The notes beneath the pieces are model-generated. The model worked only from the letters and a program-made list of their open reading frames with translations. It was not told the DNA's origin and ran no database searches. DNA of 64,000 nucleotides from an uncultured Candidatus Saccharibacteria bacterium (GTDB taxonomy: Bacteria; Patescibacteriota; Minisyncoccia; Phycocordibacterales; UBA9973), in assembly GCA_964645245.1 (NCBI GenBank), contig CAZYBS010000003.1, forward strand, positions 9,366 to 73,365, given 5' to 3'. The position numbers and the translations under genes were made by a program. Positions 11,236 through 22,926 of the stretch are shown one piece after another (within the stretch, counting starts at the first letter, position 1; every line of letters starts with the position of its first letter).

Positions 11236-14200
11236 ATGGCAAAAGTGAGTACATTTGACCAGGAATATAAAAAGCTTAATAAAGCTCAAAAGGAAGCGGT
11301 GAACTCTATCGAGGGGCCAGTCATGGTGGTGGCCGGTCCGGGGACGGGCAAAACGCAGATATTGGCTCTGCGGATAGGAAATATACTTCTAAGAACAGAT
11401 ACCAAAGCTGACGGTATTTTATGCCTGACTTTTACGAATTCCGGTGTAAGAGCCATGAAAGAGCGCCTTCGCAAATACATTGGTTCAACCGGGAATAAGG
11501 TCAATGTTTTTACCTTTCACAGCTTTGGAATGAAAATCATTGAAGAATATTATGCCGTTCTTGACCTAGAAACAGTTCCAAAGTTGATGGATGAGACAGA
11601 TGCCCTAACGCTTTCTGATCAAGTTTTACACGACAATGACTGGGAATATATCCGTCCGCGTTCCGACGCTTCCAGATATTTCGGGGATTTAAAATCCTTG
11701 ATTTCATTGCTGAAGCGCGAGCGCCTGAGTCCGGAAGAATTTTTAATTGAAATTGAAAAAGATATCAGTGGTTTAAAAGAGAATCCGGAAAATATTTCTT
11801 CCCGAGGGGAAAGTAAAGGGCAAATCAGAAAAGAAATCTTAAAAAACATAGAAGGATTAAACCGCACGCGCGAAGTCGCTAAATTTTTCAAGCTCTACGA
11901 GGAAACAAAAAAAGAAAAGAATGTTTTTGATTATGATGATGTCTTGGAGAATTTAGTAAAAATTGTAGAAAATAGCGACCAGGCGCGGGATGAAATTCGG
12001 GAAAAGTATTTATATATTTTAATAGACGAGCATCAAGATTCCAGCGGAGTACAAAATGAATTTTTAGCTAGGGTTTGGGGAGAAGTTGAAAAACCAAATA
12101 TTTTCGTCGTCGGGGATGATCGCCAGCTGATCTACAGCTTTGGCGGGGCATCACTGGCGTATTTTGAGGGTTTTAAACATTCTTTTGGCAAGGCTAGCCT
12201 CATCACGCTAATTGATAATTATCGTTCTACCCAGGTCATTCTAGACTCTGCGCATGCGCTTTTGCAAAGCTCCATCACTAAGGAAAAACTCGTCAGTAAT
12301 CACCAGGAATCTCATCCATTGCGTCTGGTTGAAGCCGATTATCCCCGTGATGAGATTATCGCCTGTGCCTTGGATATAAAAGAGAAAATCAAGAAAGGCG
12401 TGGCTGCGAATGACTGCGCCATTTTAGTACCCAAAAATAAGCAAGTGCGCAGCACTATCACGATCTTAAAAGATATGAATATGCCGGTGGCCGGAGGTGA
12501 AATGATGGACCTTTTTGATTCGTCTGAAGCCGTGTCTTTCCTGCGAGTTCTGAAAATTGTCGCCAACCCGAATGATAGTGTGGCTTTGGCGGACTCTTTT
12601 TTTGATAAATATTCCCTCATTTCTCCACTCAAGGCTCATGAATCTATAAAAAGTAACAATATGCGTGAGTTTTCACTATTGAATATTAAAGAAGAAAAAA
12701 ATAATTTATCTGATGGTAATAATGAAATAAATATCTGGATTGGTAAATTGAAAATGTGGTTGGCGTCTTCTAATGAGCCTCTTTATTCTTTTATCCAAAA
12801 AGTCGGGACGGAGTTTTTGCTTGATACTGCAAAAAATCACGGCGAGCTGGTGGTGCGCATAGAAGTCTTAAGAACTTTACTGCACCTAGTTTTACTGCAA
12901 ATAGAAAAACCTGCCCGACCGGACGGTCGTTCGGGCGGGAATCCAAAGTTGAGCCTCAACGACTTTTTGAATTTTTTAGAGAGAGTAGAAAACTATGGAG
13001 AAAATATCCCCCTGGCCATATTTTCTGCTGATGACGGTGTGAAAGTGCTTACCCTGCATAGTTCCAAAGGACTTGAATTTGATTACGTCTGGATTGCGCA
13101 TATGGATGAAAAATCTTTTTCGGGCGGGAAAATCGGGAGCTTTTCTTTACCGGAATCCATCAAAGAAAAAGTTGATAAAAGAGATGCAGAAGTTTTAAAA
13201 CGGCAATTATATGTGGCGCTCACGCGCGCCAAAAGGTTCTGCACTGTTTCTTATGCCTTGCATTCGTATACAGGCAGAGACCAGGAATCGGCTCATATTG
13301 TGGCTGACCTGGAAGATAATTTTGAAAAACAAAATGCTACTCAGACGGAGAAAATTATTTTAAGCCGTGATCAGAGGGCTTATGTGGAAACAAAATCAAA
13401 AAAAGAAAAACATGCTAATTTGAATGACTTGGTAAAACTGGTCACTCGAGATTATGAAAGCCGGAAAGTATCCGTATCCCTCCTCAATAATTTTTTTGAG
13501 TGTCCGTGGAAATGGTATTTCAGGAATTTACTTCAATTGCCGGAGCCGAAGTCCGAGAGCCTAGAATTCGGAAATATTGTCCATGGCTCTATTGATGCAG
13601 TTTTGAAATTCATAAAAAAGCCGAACAGACGAGATTTGAAAAACATAATTTTACATCAAGTGAGAAAATCAGGTTTTGGCGACGAAAGAAAACAAAAAGA
13701 ATTAGCGGTTTTAGCTTTTAATATTGTTTTCCAATGGGTGAAGAATCGCCTTCCGGAAATAGAACTAAATCGGGAGAACGAAAAAAGTGTTTCCGTGAAA
13801 GACGATAGATTTCCGCATTTAAATATTTACGGAAAGATAGACTTGATAGAACATTTGGATGCCAAAAATGTTCGGGTGACGGATTTCAAGACCGGCAGTG
13901 TAAGAAAAAAAGGAGACATAGAAAAACTAAATGAAGACCCGGCCTTCGCTAAAAGCTTCGGCGAGGCAAGAGACAGAATGAGCGCCTATTTGCGCCAGCT
14001 CGCGATGTATTCATACTTAATAAAAGAAAGTTCTAAAAATAAATTGGATGCCCGAGAAAGCCGGCTTGAATTTTTAGAAGCCAAAGATAAAAAAGAGATT
14101 TTTTATGATAGAGTAATCACTCCAGAAGAAATTGAGCTACTAATAAAAGATATTTCTGATTATGATAATTTGGTCAAAAAAGGAGAGTGGACTGTGCGCC

Positions 14201-14271
14201 CTTGCCATTATAATTCTTATGGCAAAGATACCCCGTGCGAATACTGCAAAATGGCGGAGATCTATAAATAA
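11236..14271 (+). CDS. UvrD/PcrA/AddA-like superfamily-1 helicase fused to a C-terminal RecB/Cas4-like nuclease with a Cys cluster
   Basis: N-terminal AQKEAVNSIEGPVMVVAGPGTGKT (Walker A), DEHQDS (motif II), VLTLHSSKGLEFDYVWI (motif V/VI). C-terminal IDLIEHLD...VTDFKTG (RecB nuclease D..E.K) and C...CHYNSYGKDTPCEYC. Confidence 0.85.
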   Translation: MAKVSTFDQEYKKLNKAQKEAVNSIEGPVMVVAGPGTGKTQILALRIGNILLRTDTKADGILCLTFTNSGVRAMKERLRKYIGSTGNKVNVFTFHSFGMKIIEEYYAVLDLETVPKLMDETDALTLSDQVLHDNDWEYIRPRSDASRYFGDLKSLISLLKRERLSPEEFLIEIEKDISGLKENPENISSRGESKGQIRKEILKNIEGLNRTREVAKFFKLYEETKKEKNVFDYDDVLENLVKIVENSDQARDEIREKYLYILIDEHQDSSGVQNEFLARVWGEVEKPNIFVVGDDRQLIYSFGGASLAYFEGFKHSFGKASLITLIDNYRSTQVILDSAHALLQSSITKEKLVSNHQESHPLRLVEADYPRDEIIACALDIKEKIKKGVAANDCAILVPKNKQVRSTITILKDMNMPVAGGEMMDLFDSSEAVSFLRVLKIVANPNDSVALADSFFDKYSLISPLKAHESIKSNNMREFSLLNIKEEKNNLSDGNNEINIWIGKLKMWLASSNEPLYSFIQKVGTEFLLDTAKNHGELVVRIEVLRTLLHLVLLQIEKPARPDGRSGGNPKLSLNDFLNFLERVENYGENIPLAIFSADDGVKVLTLHSSKGLEFDYVWIAHMDEKSFSGGKIGSFSLPESIKEKVDKRDAEVLKRQLYVALTRAKRFCTVSYALHSYTGRDQESAHIVADLEDNFEKQNATQTEKIILSRDQRAYVETKSKKEKHANLNDLVKLVTRDYESRKVSVSLLNNFFECPWKWYFRNLLQLPEPKSESLEFGNIVHGSIDAVLKFIKKPNRRDLKNIILHQVRKSGFGDERKQKELAVLAFNIVFQWVKNRLPEIELNRENEKSVSVKDDRFPHLNIYGKIDLIEHLDAKNVRVTDFKTGSVRKKGDIEKLNEDPAFAKSFGEARDRMSAYLRQLAMYSYLIKESSKNKLDARESRLEFLEAKDKKEIFYDRVITPEEIELLIKDISDYDNLVKKGEWTVRPCHYNSYGKDTPCEYCKMAEIYK
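12910..12940. repeat. Family B GC-rich hairpin element, inverted copy, in-frame in the helicase gene (encodes PARPDGRSGGN)
   Basis: cctgcccgaccggacggtcgttcgggcggga. This equals the reverse complement of the mreC copy (54636-54671) minus a 6-nt indel. Confidence 0.7.
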
Positions 14272-14273
14272 TT

Positions 14274-15101
14274 ATGAAAAAGATTGCTATTATTGGGTCC
14301 GAAGGAGGTATATCTTGTGCTTATTTTGTCGGTGTTATTTTTGCTCTGGTAGAAAAATTCAATCTCACGAATCCATATATTGTTATAGGGAGTTCTGGAA
14401 GCACCGGGACACTTGCATACTATGTAGCAGGCCAGTATGCATCCATCAAAAATATATGGGAGAACCTTCTTCCTTCTAAGAAATTCATATCTTTTTGGAG
14501 GTTAAATAAGATTATGGATATTGACTATCTCATAGATGATATTTTTAAAAAACAGGATATTCTGGATGTTGGAAAAATCAAACTATCTAAAATAAAACTT
14601 CTTATTTCTGCCACCAATATTGAAACTGGGGGTCTTGAGTATTTCAGCAATCAAGGCGGTGTTGATATTTTTGAAGCCTTGCGAGCATCATGTGCCACCC
14701 CAATTACCTATAATAAGTCAGTAAAGATAGACGGACATAAATATATTGACGGTGCTATCGGGGCACCCCTTAGTGTCAATATTGAAAAAGCAAAACAGGA
14801 AGGAGCTGAAGTTGTCATTGCAATTGATAGTTCAAATCAAAGTATTATTTCTGATATATTATTAAAATTTTGTTCTTTATTTAAAAATAAAGCTTTTCGC
14901 CAGCAATTAAAGCACTACTATAAACGAGCAAAGTATGAGAATAATGATAAACAAGTTTTCATTTTAAAACCCAGCGTCAAATTACCCATAAGCGCATTTG
15001 ATAATAATCGTGACCACATTATCAAAACGATTCAAATTGGTTATAATGATGTAATAAATAAATCCGCTCTTATTCAAGAGCTTTTGTTTGAAGGGGTTTG
15101 A
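14274..15101 (+). CDS. Patatin-like phospholipase
   Basis: Oxyanion/Gly-rich N-terminus, GxSxG nucleophile (GSSGS) and the catalytic-Asp motif (YIDGAIGAPLS). The start is 3 nt after the helicase stop, suggesting translational coupling. Confidence 0.8.
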   Translation: MKKIAIIGSEGGISCAYFVGVIFALVEKFNLTNPYIVIGSSGSTGTLAYYVAGQYASIKNIWENLLPSKKFISFWRLNKIMDIDYLIDDIFKKQDILDVGKIKLSKIKLLISATNIETGGLEYFSNQGGVDIFEALRASCATPITYNKSVKIDGHKYIDGAIGAPLSVNIEKAKQEGAEVVIAIDSSNQSIISDILLKFCSLFKNKAFRQQLKHYYKRAKYENNDKQVFILKPSVKLPISAFDNNRDHIIKTIQIGYNDVINKSALIQELLFEGV

Positions 15102-15153
15102 CAAGTTAGACTTTTATTTGATAAAGTTTTACTGAAGGGAGGTACAAAGTACG

Positions 15154-15351
15154 ATGAACGCTATTGTGGCGAATACAGCTGGCGAGCGCAATCCCGCGTC
15201 GCCCAGCAACAACCTGGACGTCGATCAGTCCGATGGCTCGGCAAAGACCAGTTTTGCCACATCGGAACTACGTTCAGGGACCCACCGTCCGCTCGTGCGT
15301 TCAACGCACACTTCGGGTATTTCGATGAATAACCCGAATTCGGTATTCTGA
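15154..15351 (+). CDS. Small hydrophilic ORF (65 aa) inside a ~60% GC islet, preceded by AAGGGAGG
   Basis: Shine-Dalgarno GGGAGG about 10 nt upstream of the ATG, followed by a strong terminator. Composition is foreign to the surrounding genome. Coding status is uncertain and it could be a structured RNA. Confidence 0.3.
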   Translation: MNAIVANTAGERNPASPSNNLDVDQSDGSAKTSFATSELRSGTHRPLVRSTHTSGISMNNPNSVF

Positions 15352-15375
15352 CGTACGACGGATCCCGCGCCCCGG

Positions 15376-15415
15376 CCACGCAGAACCCTTACGGGATCTG
15401 CGTGGCTATCTTTTT
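15376..15415 (+). terminator. Strong rho-independent terminator (CCACGCAGAACCC-ttac-GGGATCTGCGTGG + ctatcttttt)
   Basis: 13-bp stem with one mismatch and a T-tract. Confidence 0.7.
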
Positions 15416-15455
15416 AATATTGTAATTTGAGTTTTTTGCCTATAATATAAATAAT

Positions 15456-16364
15456 ATGAAATATGTTATTATCCTTTTCTATAAATATGTCCATATAGAT
15501 GACCCGGAGGCTGTGAAGAAGCAGGAAATGGAAGTGTGCGAGAGGCTTGGACTTAGAGGCAGGTGCATCATTGCAAGTGAAGGCATAAACGCCACTTTTG
15601 AGGGGACAAGAGAAAGTATTGGAGAATATATAAAAGAACTAGAGAAAGATAAAAGATTTTTGGGTACTCACTTTAAGTTGAGTTTTGGCACAGGAAATTC
15701 TTTTCCAAGGTTATCAATAAGAGTACGCAAAGAAATTGTCTCATTGGGCCTTGGCAACTGTAATTTGGACCCGAATAAAATAAGTGGGAAAAGAGTATCT
15801 CCCGAGGAATTGCATGGATGGATAAAAAACAGACGAGAATTCTATATAGTTGATATGCGTAATGTCTATGAGCATAAAGTCGGGCATTTTGAAAATTCTA
15901 TTCTTCCGCTGATTGAAAATTTCAGAGACTTGCCGAAGATTGTGAAACAAATTGCTCATTTGAAAAATAAAACAGTGCTCACGGTTTGCACTGGAGGCGT
16001 GCGTTGTGAAAAGGCATCAGGTTTTTTAGTCACGCAGGGATTCACAGATGTGTATCAGCTAGACGGGGGAATCGTGAGCTATATGAAAAAATATCCTAAT
16101 GAGGATTTTCGGGGCAAGCTTTATGTTTTTGATGGGCGAGTTACGATGGGATTTTACACAGGCGATGTCAAACATAAAGTAATAGGCAGGTGTGATGCAT
16201 GTAGTGAGCAATCTGAAAATTATGTCAATTGCGCCAATCCCGTCTGCCACAGGCATTTTATTAATTGTAAAAACTGCCTTGCGAAAAATAATGGAGAAGC
16301 ATTCTGTCCCGGTGGATGCGTTCTTTCCCGACATGGGCGGAAAATTAGCCCGGTTCAGATTTAG
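15456..16364 (+). CDS. trhO: Rhodanese-domain tRNA uridine(34) hydroxylase TrhO / UPF0176 family
   Basis: N-terminal ILFYKYVHIDDPE...ASEGINATFEG and the rhodanese active-site loop CTGGVRCEKASGFL. C-terminal Cys-rich tail. Confidence 0.7.
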   Translation: MKYVIILFYKYVHIDDPEAVKKQEMEVCERLGLRGRCIIASEGINATFEGTRESIGEYIKELEKDKRFLGTHFKLSFGTGNSFPRLSIRVRKEIVSLGLGNCNLDPNKISGKRVSPEELHGWIKNRREFYIVDMRNVYEHKVGHFENSILPLIENFRDLPKIVKQIAHLKNKTVLTVCTGGVRCEKASGFLVTQGFTDVYQLDGGIVSYMKKYPNEDFRGKLYVFDGRVTMGFYTGDVKHKVIGRCDACSEQSENYVNCANPVCHRHFINCKNCLAKNNGEAFCPGGCVLSRHGRKISPVQI

Positions 16365-17491
16365 CGGACTTCTGAATCAAAGTTTGCGGTTGTGTCCGAT
16401 TCAATTTTATTATGCACTCTATCTATTTCTTCATTAGTTAAAGTGTGATCCAGCGATCTATAAGTAATTCTGTATGCATAACTTACTTTTTCTTCACCAA
16501 ATTTTGCTACATTTTCGTATTTATCTATAAGCGACACTTCTTCAACAAGGCCTGGGGCGTCTTCTCTTACGAAATCAAAGTAGTCATTTGGCACGAAATC
16601 ATTTTTTACCACAAAAGAAATATCTCTCACTATTGGCGGATACTTACTGACTTCCATAAATTTATGTCCAAGCTTAAGTTGCTTTTTTATCCTCTCATCG
16701 TCGGACCAAAGCAGTCGTATATCTGGTAACTGCATACTGGCAATAGCGAGGCGCTCTAATCCGAAGCCAAACGCCCAGCCATGGTAGCCGGTTAACCCTA
16801 AATTGGCAAGGACACTTTTTCTTACCATTCCAGAACCTAACATTTCAGTCCATTGGCCGTCAATTTCTGCTTCCATTTCAAAACTCGGATCAGTATATGG
16901 AAAATTATGATCATAAAAACGAAAATTAATATTGCCAAAGATGCTCGTCGCTATTTCTGTTAGGGCATTTTTTAAGTCTTCCGGTGTAATTTTTTTTTTA
17001 TCGTCCGGTGCTATTAACCACCCACCAAATTGATGGAAAACATTCATGTGACGACGGTCAATTTCATCCTTACGGTAAACCTTACCATAACAAATTGCTC
17101 CAAGAGTTTCCTTATTTTTAATCCGCTTTTTGATTTCCGGATGATTTAAATAATAATACCAGAATACTGTGTCGTGGGTTCTTAAAACATTGTCCTCATC
17201 GATATAATAAGTGTCAGATTTGCTCCGCGCTGGATGTCCCGGGGGCATGTTAAATAAATCGAAGAGAATTTTTGTCGGGACGATTTCTGGGATTTTTATA
17301 TCATCAAAATTTTTAAGCGACGAAACTTCTTTAGCCTTTTTCACGATTTCTTCTAGCGGACTGCCAGGGGTTCGGGATAAATCAGGCATTGAAAGATAAC
17401 GTTTGATACGCAGGTTTTTGACATCATTTTTTGACTCCAAATCCTTTTTTATATTCCTTTCTTCGAGGGAGGTTATTTCATAATTTGCCAC
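16361..17491 (-). CDS. pheS: Phenylalanyl-tRNA synthetase alpha subunit
   Basis: VLRTHDT (LRTHTS-like), class II motif 2 region, motif 3 GWAFGFGLERLAIA. Confidence 0.8.
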   Translation of the reverse strand: MANYEITSLEERNIKKDLESKNDVKNLRIKRYLSMPDLSRTPGSPLEEIVKKAKEVSSLKNFDDIKIPEIVPTKILFDLFNMPPGHPARSKSDTYYIDEDNVLRTHDTVFWYYYLNHPEIKKRIKNKETLGAICYGKVYRKDEIDRRHMNVFHQFGGWLIAPDDKKKITPEDLKNALTEIATSIFGNINFRFYDHNFPYTDPSFEMEAEIDGQWTEMLGSGMVRKSVLANLGLTGYHGWAFGFGLERLAIASMQLPDIRLLWSDDERIKKQLKLGHKFMEVSKYPPIVRDISFVVKNDFVPNDYFDFVREDAPGLVEEVSLIDKYENVAKFGEEKVSYAYRITYRSLDHTLTNEEIDRVHNKIESDTTANFDSEVR

Positions 17492-17548
17492 TTCTTTAGT
17501 ATACTTAAAAGTGACCGTAAAGTAAAGGTTTTTTGAGGAAAAAAGAGC

Positions 17549-19647
<2,099 letters not shown>

Positions 19648-19648
19648 T

Positions 19649-20896
19649 TTATTTCTTATTCTTTATTTCTTCTAAAAGTTTTTTCACTAATTCTTCTTTT
19701 GACATTTGGCCGAGCTGGCCGAGGTCGCGAGATTCTAGTGTTATTTTTTCAGCCTCTATTTCTTTATCACCGACGACGATCCAATAGGGCAACTTATTGG
19801 TCTTTGCATCGCGGACTTTGGTGCCGAGGTTTGCGTCAGCGTCATCCAACTCTGCCCGGATGTTATTTTCTTTTAACATTTCAAAAATTTCTTTGGCGTA
19901 TTCATTATGATTCGTGCGAACTGGGATGACTTTGACTTGCACCGGCGAGAGCCACAAAGGAAAGTTTCCTTTATAATATTCTATCAGAAATGCCGCGCCT
20001 CTTTCTAATGAACCATTAATCGCTGAATGAATCATAACAATGCGTTCCTTTTCACCTTTTTCGTTTACACAGTTAAGGTCAAATCGCTCCGGCAAGTTCA
20101 TGTCTAGTTGAATTGTTGCCACTTGCCATTCACGGCCGGCAGAACTTTTTGCCATGAAATCCAATTTTGGTCCATAAAGAGCCGCTTCACCAGGTCCCTC
20201 AAAATAATCAGTCTTATGTTTTCTCTTGCGTTCCTCAGCGATGGATCTCAGTTCATTCTCGGCCGTATCCCAGATTTCTTTTGTGCCAAGATATTTTTTC
20301 GGTTCTTTTGGATTACGGAATGACAAGCGGACACGAAGCGCAAGCCCAAACGCTTTATAGAATGTATCAGCAATATCCCAAATTTTTAAAAATTCCTCTT
20401 TTATTTGATTGGTCCGGCAAAAAACATGTGAATCGTCTTGGGTGATGGAAAGAACTCGTGTCAAACCTCCAAGCTCACCGGACTGTTCATCTCGATAAAC
20501 CATAGTTGTTTCTGCATATCTCTGCGGCATCTCTCTATACGAATGCGGCCTACGGGCGAAAATTTGAATATGATGCGGGCAGTTCATCGGTTTTAGTGCA
20601 TATTCCTTATCTTCTCTACTTTTCATACGAAAAAGCTCATCGGAGAATTTGTCCCAATGCCCGGATGTTTCGTATAATTCACGCTTGGTTATATGGGGGA
20701 TAGTCACGCGATTATAGCTATACTTTGCTCGCAGTTCCCATACGAATTTGTCCAATTCTTCGCGCAAGACAGTACCCTTGGGCGTCCATAACGGTAGCCC
20801 AGGTCCGACAAGTTCAGAGAATGTAAATAGGTCAAGTTCTTTACCTAGAATCCGATGGTCATTTTTATCCATTAGATTTTCTTTGTCATTTTCCAT
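19649..20896 (-). CDS. thrS: Threonyl-tRNA synthetase, truncated form lacking the N-terminal TGS/editing domains
   Basis: DHRILGKELDLFTFSE...TPKGTVLR...SGHWDKF...LKPMNCPHHIQIF align with E. coli ThrRS from about residue 240 onward. C-terminal anticodon-binding domain present. 415 aa. Confidence 0.8.
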   Translation of the reverse strand: MENDKENLMDKNDHRILGKELDLFTFSELVGPGLPLWTPKGTVLREELDKFVWELRAKYSYNRVTIPHITKRELYETSGHWDKFSDELFRMKSREDKEYALKPMNCPHHIQIFARRPHSYREMPQRYAETTMVYRDEQSGELGGLTRVLSITQDDSHVFCRTNQIKEEFLKIWDIADTFYKAFGLALRVRLSFRNPKEPKKYLGTKEIWDTAENELRSIAEERKRKHKTDYFEGPGEAALYGPKLDFMAKSSAGREWQVATIQLDMNLPERFDLNCVNEKGEKERIVMIHSAINGSLERGAAFLIEYYKGNFPLWLSPVQVKVIPVRTNHNEYAKEIFEMLKENNIRAELDDADANLGTKVRDAKTNKLPYWIVVGDKEIEAEKITLESRDLGQLGQMSKEELVKKLLEEIKNKK

Positions 20897-20979
20897 AGAC
20901 TATTATAATAACATATTTTATTTTTTCTCCAAATTTACCTGATTGCTTTTCACTCATAGTGTGCTAATATAGACACATT

Positions 20980-21207
20980 ATGGTAGTCCGGATGAGGAGC
21001 ACAAAATCACATACGAAAAACAGACGTTCTCATCATGCCTTAGTAAGTACCAGTTTTGCCAAGTGTGAAAATTGCAAAGCCCTGAAAAGGCGTCACACAG
21101 TATGCTCATCATGCGGATTTTATCGAGGGAAAAAAGTTTTAGATTTAGTTAAAAAGACAGAAAAGAAGCAGAAAAAAGCTAAAGCGAAAGAAAAAGCAGC
21201 GAAATAG
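20980..21207 (+). CDS. rpmF: 50S ribosomal protein L32 with Lys-rich C-terminal extension
   Basis: [16 protein letters not shown]...C..C...[11 protein letters not shown] is the bL32 Zn-ribbon. True start may be the second Met. Confidence 0.75.
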   Translation: MVVRMRSTKSHTKNRRSHHALVSTSFAKCENCKALKRRHTVCSSCGFYRGKKVLDLVKKTEKKQKKAKAKEKAAK

Positions 21208-21218
21208 TTAGTAAAGTT

Positions 21219-22163
21219 ATGGCAAATAGGCACCTTTCCAGATCAATAGTGCTCCAGACGCTTTTTGAGTGGGATTTCTTATCTGCGGGAAAAAAGAACA
21301 TCATTTCTACTAATGACGAGATTAAAAAGATACTGAATAGAAATTTAAAAGAATTTGCTCCCGGGCTGGAAGATGATAATTTTGTGTTTTCGCTGATAGA
21401 TGAAGTATTAAAAAAGCAAACCAAAATTGATGAAATTATAGAAGCCTCTGCGCCGGACTGGCCGATAGATAAAATTTCTATTGTTGATAGAAATATCTTG
21501 AGAATCGGATTGACGGAACTTCTTTTCGGCGATAGGAAGCAAGTACCTCCGAAGGTGGCAATCAATGAAGCCATAGAATTAGCAAAAACTTTTGGCGGAG
21601 AGAATTCCGGTAAATTTGTAAATGGCGTCTTGGGCGCGGTTTATAAAGAGATGGGCGAGCCCGGCAAAGAACAGACGAGTAAAAAGAGAAATTCTGTTGA
21701 GCCCAAAGAGCCAGTGGATGTTGCCCAATTGCCGGTTGAAAACTTGGGGGGCGCGCTAGTGTATACGAAAAAGAACGGTAATATTTTATTTGCGCTGGTA
21801 CACGATGTTTTCGGCTATTGGACCCTGTCTAAAGGCAAAGTTGAAGCCAATGAAAATATAGAGAAAGGTACAATCAGGGAGATTAAGGAAGAAATCGGAC
21901 TAAATATTACTATAGAAAAAAAACTTGGAGAGAATGAATATGTTGCAACCCATCCGGAAAAAGGGAAAAGTCTGAAAAAGGTTGTGTACTTTCTGGCCTA
22001 TAGTGAATATAAAGAGCTTGTTTTGGAAAATTCTGGGGGACTGGATGGGGCTCGGTGGTTCGAGCTTTCCGAAGTGCCGGAGCTTCGTATTTATAATGAC
22101 ATTATTCCACTTATTACCAAGGCGATTGAAATACTAAGTAGTAAAAAGCCAGAAAAAAATTAG
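21219..22163 (+). CDS. nusB: NusB-like antitermination domain fused to a C-terminal NUDIX hydrolase domain
   Basis: N-terminal [17 protein letters not shown]...[11 protein letters not shown]...[26 protein letters not shown] is NusB. The C-terminus carries the Nudix box [23 protein letters not shown]. Confidence 0.7.
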   Translation: MANRHLSRSIVLQTLFEWDFLSAGKKNIISTNDEIKKILNRNLKEFAPGLEDDNFVFSLIDEVLKKQTKIDEIIEASAPDWPIDKISIVDRNILRIGLTELLFGDRKQVPPKVAINEAIELAKTFGGENSGKFVNGVLGAVYKEMGEPGKEQTSKKRNSVEPKEPVDVAQLPVENLGGALVYTKKNGNILFALVHDVFGYWTLSKGKVEANENIEKGTIREIKEEIGLNITIEKKLGENEYVATHPEKGKSLKKVVYFLAYSEYKELVLENSGGLDGARWFELSEVPELRIYNDIIPLITKAIEILSSKKPEKN

Positions 22164-22190
22164 CAAGTTTATAAAGTAGAAAGTAAAAAC

Positions 22191-22886
22191 ATGATTAATT
22201 TTTCAAATTTTGAGAAAAAAACAAAAGTGATTTTTAAGGATAAGGCTTTGCTTAAACAGGCTTTTGTGCATCGTTCTTACATAAATGAAAACCCAAGTGT
22301 CGGACTCTCGCACAATGAGCGTTTGGAATTCTTGGGCGATGCCGTGCTGGAGCTCATCGTCACAGATTTTCTTTATAAAAAATATCCTAATTATACAGAG
22401 GGGGAATTGACCGCCTTGCGCTCAGCCTTGGTTAATGCTGTTATTATATCTCTAGTGGCTGAAAAAATAGGCATGAATGATTATTTGCTTTTGTCCAAAG
22501 GCGAAGCCAAAGATAACGGCAAGGCCCGGCAATATATTTTGGCCAATACCTATGAGGCATACATTGGGGCTCTGTATTTGGATCAAGGAATGGACGTCGT
22601 AAATGAATTTGTGAATAAGACCCTCTTACCTAAAACAGAAGAAATAGTAAATAAAAAGCTTTGGCGCGACGCGAAATCTGTGGTGCAGGAGAAAGCGCAG
22701 GAATTTGTAAATTTTACGCCCGCCTACAGGGTTCTGAGCGAGTCAGGTCCCGACCATGATAAACATTTCACCGTGGGTATTTATTTTGGGTCTATTTTGA
22801 TTGCTGAAGGCAAAGGCAAATCAAAACAGGAGGCGGAACAAAAAGCAGCCGAAGCCGCATTAAAAGTAAAAAATTGGCTAGATTAA
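22191..22886 (+). CDS. rnc: Ribonuclease III
   Basis: Signature ERLEFLGDAVLELIV, C-terminal dsRBD. Confidence 0.9.
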   Translation: MINFSNFEKKTKVIFKDKALLKQAFVHRSYINENPSVGLSHNERLEFLGDAVLELIVTDFLYKKYPNYTEGELTALRSALVNAVIISLVAEKIGMNDYLLLSKGEAKDNGKARQYILANTYEAYIGALYLDQGMDVVNEFVNKTLLPKTEEIVNKKLWRDAKSVVQEKAQEFVNFTPAYRVLSESGPDHDKHFTVGIYFGSILIAEGKGKSKQEAEQKAAEAALKVKNWLD

Positions 22887-22926
22887 AAAAAGAAAAACAT
22901 ATTTTGTTATTTTGCAAAATGTTTAA

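Noticed and set aside
15120-15415. tmRNA, SRP RNA or group II intron domain V as the identity of the GC-rich islet
   Set aside because: No tRNA-like T-loop (GGTTCGAATCC), no ANDENYALAA-type tag frame, no SRP domain IV GGAA-loop motif, and no convincing domain V hairpin on either strand. Left as unknown islet with a candidate small ORF.
20108-20703. Several 60-90-aa plus-strand ORFs inside thrS
   Set aside because: Antisense to a well-conserved ThrRS reading frame.
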